Positions 9,061 to 16,567 of a stretch of 64,000 nucleotides of DNA are shown here, piece after piece. The notes beneath the pieces are model-generated. The model saw only the letters and a program-made list of their open reading frames with translations. It did not search any database and was not told where the DNA came from. Source of the DNA: Escherichia phage Ecwhy_1; sequence record MH791411.1. The stretch is one strand, 5' to 3'. Each line of letters starts with the position of its first letter. Within the stretch, counting starts at the first letter, position 1. Made by a program: the position numbers and the translations under genes.

Positions 9061-9431
9061 TTGAATTTATTCCTCGCTGCAAGGGAATTCTGTTTAAGTT
9101 CATTCAGAAGTTTAACGCCATCTTCATCTAGACATACGTTTTTGTAAACTTCTCTTTCTACTATAATAGGCACTTGTGTCTCAATAACTTTAGCATTATC
9201 TTGCATTATCTTTTTGGTTTCTATATAGTTTTTTGCATTTTCTTGCTGCATCTTAGCGAGTGCAGAATCAACTTTCTTTTCTATTTTTTGGTCAATACTT
9301 TCTTTATAACCAGTATAATAAGTATTTGCTGACCATCCACCGTAAACACAACCTGCCATTACTCCTACTACCAAAATTGGTTTCCAATATGGTATTAAAA
9401 CTTTTGAAACAATAATTTCTAGTACACTCAT
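9057..9431 (-). CDS. membrane-anchored coiled-coil protein, possible i-spanin
   Basis: N-terminal TM helix ILVVGVMAGCVYGGW then charged helical region; precedes lipoprotein gene. Confidence 0.4.
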   Translation of the reverse strand: MSVLEIIVSKVLIPYWKPILVVGVMAGCVYGGWSANTYYTGYKESIDQKIEKKVDSALAKMQQENAKNYIETKKIMQDNAKVIETQVPIIVEREVYKNVCLDEDGVKLLNELKQNSLAARNKFK

Positions 9432-9484
9432 AATAACATCTCCTATAGTTGGTAATATTATTTAGAGTGTACTATATTATATGT

Positions 9485-9940
9485 TTACAACATTTTTTGA
9501 ATATGATCTACGAGTTTATACAGTTTAGTGTTTTCATTCTCGTATTCCAAATCAACTTCAACTTTGAATTCTTCTTCAAGTTCCATGATCATTTCAATCC
9601 AGTCAAGCCAATCGAATTTAAATTTTTCCACGACTTCACATTTAGTAAGATGGAAGTTCATTGATACATCTTTTTCGGATGCATTTTTGTCGCGACTTGT
9701 AATGAATTTGACAATTGCTTTTTCAACGTCAGTTAATTCACGAGTGCGATATTCTGGTTCAAGATACCATTCGCCATTATTGATAGCTTCCAACGAAAGT
9801 CTAAGTTCATGCATTAGTTTATAACGATCAGTACTTTTATGGATGCGGTTAACTTCGCGATTCAGTACACGTAGTGCGTCTTTGATTTGTTCGTTTAGCA
9901 TAACAATCCTCTTATTTTTTACTGTACCATTGCATTTCAC
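9485..9940 (-). CDS. hypothetical protein with ACP-like C-terminal segment
   Basis: C-terminus DWLDWIEMIMELEEEFKVEVD resembles acyl-carrier helix II (DSLD.VELVMALEEEF) but the phosphopantetheine Ser is Trp. Confidence 0.45.
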   Translation of the reverse strand: MKCNGTVKNKRIVMLNEQIKDALRVLNREVNRIHKSTDRYKLMHELRLSLEAINNGEWYLEPEYRTRELTDVEKAIVKFITSRDKNASEKDVSMNFHLTKCEVVEKFKFDWLDWIEMIMELEEEFKVEVDLEYENENTKLYKLVDHIQKML

Positions 9941-11150
9941 GGATATCTAATAGTACCTTCGTAGCCAACTTTATGTTTGGTCGCTTCGGTAGATGGGTCT
10001 TATGATACGCCACATTTCGGATGTAGTCAACCTTTTCGTTGAAATAATCCATAACTTCTTGATACAACCACTTCCCGTTACGAATGTCCATCAACATAGC
10101 AGCATCCGGTCGGTGAACTTGGATGATACCAGTTTCAAGTGCTTCCTGTGCTGTATTCAGCAGCCTGACTGTATGCATTGCGTGTTTACAATCATAACCG
10201 TGGTGTGATTCAAGAATAGCACGTTTGGCATTACGATTCTGCTTCCATTTGTGATAACTCTTACGGTTCTCACTATTTTCTTTGTATTCTTTTTCATTGA
10301 ATTTTACAATGAGTTCAGGACGAACTTTCAATTCTTCTGTAGTACGTTCTTTGTTGAAGTAACGTAGTGAACCATCAGCATTCACTGTACTTTCATTCGG
10401 GTTGATAATTACCCCAAAGATGTTTTCACCGTAATGGATTAGTTCATATCCAGAATTGTAATTCAATAAATTGAAATCACGATCTAATACTTTATCAGTA
10501 CTATAATTATGTACTAAACGTACAAAATGATATTGTTTCAATGCTTGTGTTGAAACTAATTGTAATGAAGTATCACGCATGTATTTTTCAAAATCAATTT
10601 TTGTAGCATTGAATGGGTGAAGATTGGATTTATTCAAACGGTCAACCAAATACTGCGGAAATGTATCATACATCCATGAAAGTACTTCGTCAACTGGATG
10701 TTCTTCTAAAATTTCATTTAGTTTACGTTCAGCAATTCGTTCCTTATCGAGCCAGCCGTGGTGATTAGACATACGCTTAACCTGATTGTATGCATATCCA
10801 CTGTATGAGTGTGCAATCTTTGAACTCAATAATTGCTGATTGAATGAGCGTAGATAGTCATAGATTTCAGTACTTTCTACGATGTGTTCCGGTTTAACCC
10901 ATAGTGATTCAAGAATGTTTGGGTTAGCTTCAGTATACAGACTTAAGTACTGATTGATTTCATAAAATTTAGTATCTTCTTCAGAAGTATCTGAAACTTC
11001 CTTAACATTAAAAAAAGGAGTTAGGATATATTCTTTGTTTGCAAGGAAGATACCACGATAATCTGTATCACTTTCTGGTGTGCTTGTGCCATACGCCTGT
11101 GAACCAGCTAAGTGTTTCACAATAGTTTGTTCTAGAAAATTGTTTTTCAT
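9912..11150 (-). CDS. nucleotidyltransferase-fold protein (Pol-beta superfamily)
   Basis: N-terminal GSQAYGTSTPESDTDYRGIF fits GS-x(9-13)-D-x-D minimal nucleotidyltransferase signature; 412 aa; specific family not determinable by eye. Confidence 0.5.
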   Translation of the reverse strand: MKNNFLEQTIVKHLAGSQAYGTSTPESDTDYRGIFLANKEYILTPFFNVKEVSDTSEEDTKFYEINQYLSLYTEANPNILESLWVKPEHIVESTEIYDYLRSFNQQLLSSKIAHSYSGYAYNQVKRMSNHHGWLDKERIAERKLNEILEEHPVDEVLSWMYDTFPQYLVDRLNKSNLHPFNATKIDFEKYMRDTSLQLVSTQALKQYHFVRLVHNYSTDKVLDRDFNLLNYNSGYELIHYGENIFGVIINPNESTVNADGSLRYFNKERTTEELKVRPELIVKFNEKEYKENSENRKSYHKWKQNRNAKRAILESHHGYDCKHAMHTVRLLNTAQEALETGIIQVHRPDAAMLMDIRNGKWLYQEVMDYFNEKVDYIRNVAYHKTHLPKRPNIKLATKVLLDIREMQWYSKK

Positions 11151-11548
11151 AAGTAAATCGTTAACTCCTTTAGAAAACCATTATAGTATCGTTTAAAATC
11201 ATGATCCAGTACTTGATAGTCATTGTAACTAAATCCAAGATTGATGATGGTATCTTCTTGGAAGAATTTCTCTTCATTCATTACTTCGATGGGTTCGTAT
11301 TCTTTCCCACCTTTACATACTTTAGTAAAGAACATACCATCATTGTTAATTTCAACGTACATGAAATTATTTTCTGGATCTCGTGGACACACAATGTTTA
11401 GTGAACTTGTCCCATTGTTATTATATTCGTATGAAATAATATCAAAAGAATCGATGCCATAACATTTGGACTTTTCTTTGTCACCAAAGACTTTTCTATC
11501 TGTACTCATATTGCGTATAGTACTGTAGATATCATCGATTGTAGTCAT
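11147..11548 (-). CDS. hypothetical protein
   Basis: Track ORF, 133 aa. Confidence 0.45.
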   Translation of the reverse strand: MTTIDDIYSTIRNMSTDRKVFGDKEKSKCYGIDSFDIISYEYNNNGTSSLNIVCPRDPENNFMYVEINNDGMFFTKVCKGGKEYEPIEVMNEEKFFQEDTIINLGFSYNDYQVLDHDFKRYYNGFLKELTIYL

Positions 11549-11550
11549 AA

Positions 11551-12060
11551 TTAACCACCGTACTTTGACTTATATGTTTCTAAAGATAAAGAAATGCGAT
11601 TTTGCTTTTTAATTCTTTCATCAATATCCTTTGAATTCTTAACACTTCTGTATACATCAGCTAATAAATTATAATCTTCTTTATTTGAGCTATGTAATGC
11701 CCAACCTATATCTGTTTTGATTCGAACATATGCTTTATTTGATGTGAAATAAAAATTGAATCCGTTAGACCCATCAAAAATATCATAAGTATTTACCCAA
11801 TCTCCATAAGGAAAACTCATTGGTACTGACTCATAATCAATGGTGATATCCGATAAATTTTTAGAACAGTACTTTACAAAGTGGTAAACAATCGGATCAC
11901 ATTTTGATAATTCGTATTTGTATTCAATGATAGTTTTTCTATTAGTATCATTGATGGCATATTCTTTTATCAATGGACTTTTTTTGATGATAAGAGTCCA
12001 TAGAAACGATTCTAATCCAGTTTCATCAACTTTTTCTTTCTTTTTGAAAAATGAAATCAT
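11551..12060 (-). CDS. hypothetical protein, tandem paralog family member 3
   Basis: Shares ...TNRKTIIEYKYELSK... block with 12057..12578 and 12585..13151. Confidence 0.5.
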   Translation of the reverse strand: MISFFKKKEKVDETGLESFLWTLIIKKSPLIKEYAINDTNRKTIIEYKYELSKCDPIVYHFVKYCSKNLSDITIDYESVPMSFPYGDWVNTYDIFDGSNGFNFYFTSNKAYVRIKTDIGWALHSSNKEDYNLLADVYRSVKNSKDIDERIKKQNRISLSLETYKSKYGG

Positions 12061-12578
12061 TTATATAAACCCTTAATTTTCTGTCTATTATGTATATCAT
12101 TTTGCTGAATTTTCAAATTAGTAAGATTGTGTCTTACACCTTCAACGCCACGCATTATTTGTAACATAATTAGTGATTCGTCATATGTTAGAACATTGCT
12201 ATTATTATCGATATATACTTTCACTCCACTTTCAAGATAATCATTTTCTTTGGAGTTAAAGTTTCTAATAGCAAACTTAACGCCATTTGTTGCATCACTG
12301 AATACATATCGTTCCGCACCGTAGAATGTTTTTCCACGAAATAAACCGCCTTCTTCAAACTTCCAACGACTGGATTCATAATCATTAACGTAATCAATGA
12401 TTAATGGTAGCAAAGGGTGTTTGCTCAATTTATATTTTGCTTCTAACAGAACACGACGATCTTGATCTGTATTGATGATATCTTTAAGTGTGAAACTTTT
12501 TGATATAATTTTAAAGATAATTTCATGCCAAATTAAAGTACTGTTTTGTTTTCCAACTGGGCCAAAAAACATATTCAT
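12057..12578 (-). CDS. hypothetical protein, tandem paralog family member 2
   Basis: TDQDRRVLLEAKYKLSK ... SSRWKFEEGGLFRGKTFYG aligned to neighbours. Confidence 0.5.
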   Translation of the reverse strand: MNMFFGPVGKQNSTLIWHEIIFKIISKSFTLKDIINTDQDRRVLLEAKYKLSKHPLLPLIIDYVNDYESSRWKFEEGGLFRGKTFYGAERYVFSDATNGVKFAIRNFNSKENDYLESGVKVYIDNNSNVLTYDESLIMLQIMRGVEGVRHNLTNLKIQQNDIHNRQKIKGLYK

Positions 12579-12584
12579 TCCTCA

Positions 12585-13151
12585 TTAGTATAAATCAGTA
12601 ATGTCTTTGTATGCATTAATCTGTTTTTGTTGTAATGAAAGTTCATTGAGTTTAGTTACCATTTTATCTACACCAACACGTATATAGAAAATAATAAATG
12701 AATCTAACTTGCCTAGAGTAATTCTTGAACTGTAAGTTGAAAGTTTTCTTGCATAAACATAAATTTCTTCTTCACTTGGTAAACGTTTCTCAATCAGCAA
12801 GTTTTCCACACCATTCGGCTCATAATCAATCTCGAACTCTACGCCTATCACAGTATCTTGAATGATATCAGTATATGAACCACCGAAAAAAAACTCTCTT
12901 GGTTTGGTTCTCCAACGAGGACTAAATGGGTCAGATGCGTATTCTTTTACAAATTTGTAAAAGGACATTTTACTGAGCATATACTTCATCTCAATTAGTG
13001 CTTTGCGGTCATCATCAGTTTTAAACTCTGCTTTGAGCGATGGACTTTTACACAGTAACTTAACTAAATTGTTGTACATCTTTAATGTACGTTGGTCTTT
13101 CATTTCTTGGATTTTGTGACGCTTTGGTGGTGGTAGTAAAGATTTGACCAT
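12585..13151 (-). CDS. hypothetical protein, tandem paralog family member 1
   Basis: TDDDRKALIEMKYMLSK ... SPRWRTKPREFFFGGSYTD aligned to neighbours. Confidence 0.5.
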   Translation of the reverse strand: MVKSLLPPPKRHKIQEMKDQRTLKMYNNLVKLLCKSPSLKAEFKTDDDRKALIEMKYMLSKMSFYKFVKEYASDPFSPRWRTKPREFFFGGSYTDIIQDTVIGVEFEIDYEPNGVENLLIEKRLPSEEEIYVYARKLSTYSSRITLGKLDSFIIFYIRVGVDKMVTKLNELSLQQKQINAYKDITDLY

Positions 13152-13183
13152 AATTTCCTCCTGTATTTTCTAGCATTATACAC

Positions 13184-13214
13184 ATAAAAGAAAAGCCCGT
13201 CAATAGACGAGCTT
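13184..13214 (-). terminator. putative intrinsic terminator
   Basis: Imperfect 9-bp stem AAGCCCGTC/GACGAGCTT followed on minus strand by T-rich run, just after the tail-fibre gene stop. Confidence 0.35.
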
Positions 13215-13221
13215 AAAATTT

Positions 13222-15951
13222 TTAATGCCAACGTGTACCAGAGCTTGAAGGAACACCAGTACTTGCGGGGATAGCAGAACCACGCTTGGTCGTACTAGGT
13301 CTGTATGTCAAGAATCGGGTTACCTTTTCAGTATCAATTGACGTAATACTCGTACTTCCAGTAACAATATCACCAACATATACGTTTGTCAATGTCTCAT
13401 CAAGAAGAGTTGTACTGATAACGTATGCCGCTTTTCTTGTGTTACGGTTCATTTGAATGTAAAGATAAAAAGTACTGTTAGCTGGGTTAGTTTTAATAGT
13501 ACTTAATTCTATGGTTTGAATCGCCAATCTATCAAACATACCACCAAGGAATACCGGAACTTCACGGGTGAAGTACACAGTGAAACCTTCAGCAACATCT
13601 TGTGAAACTACTACGATTTTATCTTGTACAGTTCCTGAACCATCAATCAACCCATCCATCTGTGCTGATGTTGTCCCAAAGAGACTAAACACTGCTTTAG
13701 TTTGATAATCTGAATCTTGAAGATGATAGTATCCAAATCCAACACCTGGTATAACTCCGTGCTGGAATGCATTGCCATTATCTATGTAGCTGGATGACAT
13801 AAATCGGTTAGATGTAATCAAACCATTCACTGTTTTAGCAATCATCAATTTGAATTGAGCATTACCAGGTTGTGAAAACTGATGAACTGCATCAACACCA
13901 ATATAACCAAAACCAGAATACTTAGCAACAGTTAGACCAGTACAGCGTTTCATATAGGCTTCGGTTACAATACCTGTTACAGAATTAAGTGTTTCGTATC
14001 TAGAACTCACCATAGACGCAGAACTAATATTGGTTCCTGAAACCGTGACATCAACTTCAGAATATATTGCATAACCTTGGTTATTTCCTAAGTTATATGC
14101 AGAAACCACCGCAATAGATTTTGAGAAAGAACTATCTGGTACATAATATAAAGCAATTTTACCAGAAAATGCTCCTACTATTCCAATATTAGCAAGTATT
14201 TCTTGTTTTAATGTTTCCAGAACATTATCACCAATTGTATAAGAACCATCAAATTCTAAAGTATCTGGGTTAAACAAACCACCACTTGTTTTGTATACAC
14301 CTTCAATGAATGATGTCCCATAACATTTAACTGAACCGTCAGTATCAATTAGTGAAATCATACCTGTATATTTGAAATCATCACCAAGACGAGTTCGGTT
14401 AGCTTGTGGTGCAAAACCATTAAGTGTTGTATTGTTTTGTACTGAATTGAACTGGAAGGTTGGATCAGTACCAATTTCAGAAAATACTGTATTGTTATAA
14501 CCATATGACTCATCTTCATATGTTCCAGAACATGCTAACAGTACTTTACGTTTATCAATAAAACGTGTTCCTAAAAGGTTTTCACCTACTGCACTACCAT
14601 ATGTTGGGGCAACGTTTACAAATTTAGAATTGTTCGCTTTGCGAGTACTGGCAACCCAACTATCATATGGTGTTCCTGTTACGTTATAAACCTGAATACC
14701 ATAGGTTTCAGAAGAACTCCAACGAGCACGTGTGCTGAATACTAAACCGTCATAGGTTTGGCATATAGAACCAACGTTACCTAATTGTGGAACACCTAAC
14801 TGTGTACCCATGAAGTTATTCATCTCAATGGCAAATGGGTTTGTTAGTGTGAATCCATCAACATCATTATATTCCGCTGCTATTGGTGCTCTACTACTTC
14901 CATCAATTGATAATGATTTAGAGTTGATAGTATAAACAAAACTAAAACCACTAGCATAAACAGTACTAATATATAGATTTGATACTAAACGGTTAGTTGG
15001 GAATAATGTAATTCTAATCTTTGATAAATCTGGACTTACGTTTGCTTGTATATTATAATCTGTATAATCTGAATATTCAACTCGTGTAACTGGTGAAGTG
15101 CATTCAAATAATGAATCACTACTAGTTCCAACTGAATATAATCTTTCATAAATTTTCAAATTATTAGCACTTGTGTAGTTAACACTTCTTAAGGTTTGAC
15201 CAGAAAAACCAGTAACCTTAGCAAAAGTACTCATAGTACCATCTTTAATACTACTTGTATTAACAGTATATAATGTTAAAGCCAAACCATAGTTTGCTAT
15301 AGTAGTGTCTTTGCACCACACAAATACTTTATCATTAACGATATGTGCATACAATGGTTTATCTGTACCAAATGATGTAGCAGCGATAGAAGCGTGAATA
15401 TGTGCAACTTCGTTAAATGTACCATTTGTTAAAGTGAAAATATAATTACTTGCACTAGATAGGCTAACTAGTAATTCATAACCATTCGTTCCGATGAACT
15501 GTTTAACATTTTCAGTACTTGGAAGAATTCTAGGATGATATTTTGATGTAGTACTGATAACACTACTTTGTGTTAGTGCATCAATATTACGCAAATCACG
15601 AATGAATGCATAGTAATATCCTTCAGTACTACCATTTGTACCAGCACGTAATACCACACCAGTACCATCATCTTCGACTATTGTTGGTTGCATACGGTAT
15701 ACATCTGAAAGCGACGTTGCCCCTTCGTATGAACCATTAACGTTTAATGGTAGATAATCCATTTCCCCTATACGGGAGATTGGTAACATATCAAGTATTT
15801 TTTGAACTTCTGATCTTTTATAAATTGGATAGTCAACAATACCTGTATTTGCGTCTGGTGCTGTACCATTAAAAGTACGCATAGCGTACTTTCCACCAAT
15901 TGCCAAATTTCCAAGTATAGCAGCACTACCAATGATGCGTTTGGATGACAT
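13222..15951 (-). CDS. tail fibre / receptor-binding protein
   Basis: 909 aa, Ser/Thr/Gly/Asn/Tyr-rich fibre-like composition; shares N-terminal LPIS..G..YLP block and C-terminal ~130-aa block ending YRPSTTKRGSAIPASTGVPSSSGT with two adjacent genes. Confidence 0.55.
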   Translation of the reverse strand: MSSKRIIGSAAILGNLAIGGKYAMRTFNGTAPDANTGIVDYPIYKRSEVQKILDMLPISRIGEMDYLPLNVNGSYEGATSLSDVYRMQPTIVEDDGTGVVLRAGTNGSTEGYYYAFIRDLRNIDALTQSSVISTTSKYHPRILPSTENVKQFIGTNGYELLVSLSSASNYIFTLTNGTFNEVAHIHASIAATSFGTDKPLYAHIVNDKVFVWCKDTTIANYGLALTLYTVNTSSIKDGTMSTFAKVTGFSGQTLRSVNYTSANNLKIYERLYSVGTSSDSLFECTSPVTRVEYSDYTDYNIQANVSPDLSKIRITLFPTNRLVSNLYISTVYASGFSFVYTINSKSLSIDGSSRAPIAAEYNDVDGFTLTNPFAIEMNNFMGTQLGVPQLGNVGSICQTYDGLVFSTRARWSSSETYGIQVYNVTGTPYDSWVASTRKANNSKFVNVAPTYGSAVGENLLGTRFIDKRKVLLACSGTYEDESYGYNNTVFSEIGTDPTFQFNSVQNNTTLNGFAPQANRTRLGDDFKYTGMISLIDTDGSVKCYGTSFIEGVYKTSGGLFNPDTLEFDGSYTIGDNVLETLKQEILANIGIVGAFSGKIALYYVPDSSFSKSIAVVSAYNLGNNQGYAIYSEVDVTVSGTNISSASMVSSRYETLNSVTGIVTEAYMKRCTGLTVAKYSGFGYIGVDAVHQFSQPGNAQFKLMIAKTVNGLITSNRFMSSSYIDNGNAFQHGVIPGVGFGYYHLQDSDYQTKAVFSLFGTTSAQMDGLIDGSGTVQDKIVVVSQDVAEGFTVYFTREVPVFLGGMFDRLAIQTIELSTIKTNPANSTFYLYIQMNRNTRKAAYVISTTLLDETLTNVYVGDIVTGSTSITSIDTEKVTRFLTYRPSTTKRGSAIPASTGVPSSSGTRWH

Positions 15952-15967
15952 ATTCTTTTTCCTTTAA

Positions 15968-16555
15968 TTACCAGCCTAATGTACCAGTTTGTGTTGGATT
16001 TCCAGTACTGACTGGGAAAGATGAACCTTTTTGTGTTGTACTTGGTCTGTATGTATTGAATCGTGATACGCGTTCAATGTTGATAGCAGTAATACCAGAA
16101 GTTCCAACGGTAATAGTCCCGATGAACATTATAATCTGTGATTCTTGTAATTGTGAAGTTGAGATTCTATAAATTGGCTCTCCCAGTACTAAAGTAGCGT
16201 ATACATATTGTGTTTGTGTGCCTGATGCCACTGTTGGTGCTGTCACTGCAACAACAGGGTAATTATAAAGATAGCCACCGATGAATGCAGGTATCTCTCG
16301 GTTAAAACGTAATGAATAACCGCTTGATGTAATTGACAAACTAGATACATCATAAAGTTCACCATATTGTGATAATGGTAAACCGTTAACAATAGAATCA
16401 ACTTCATCTTTTGTTAAGAGGGGGAATGTACATTCCCCATTTGCGTCTGTTCGATACGATACGTCATTAATATCACTAATAGATAGTCCAGTGTTTTTAT
16501 TCTGGACTACGATTTGTGACATAGCTTCGATATCGGATCTTATAATATATGCCAT
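15968..16555 (-). CDS. short tail-fibre-like protein
   Basis: 195 aa; carries only the shared N-terminal (LPLSQYGELYDV) and C-terminal (RFNTYRPSTTQKGSSFPVSTGNPTQTGT) blocks of the flanking fibre genes. Confidence 0.5.
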   Translation of the reverse strand: MAYIIRSDIEAMSQIVVQNKNTGLSISDINDVSYRTDANGECTFPLLTKDEVDSIVNGLPLSQYGELYDVSSLSITSSGYSLRFNREIPAFIGGYLYNYPVVAVTAPTVASGTQTQYVYATLVLGEPIYRISTSQLQESQIIMFIGTITVGTSGITAINIERVSRFNTYRPSTTQKGSSFPVSTGNPTQTGTLGW

Positions 16556-16567
16556 AAGATTAATCCT

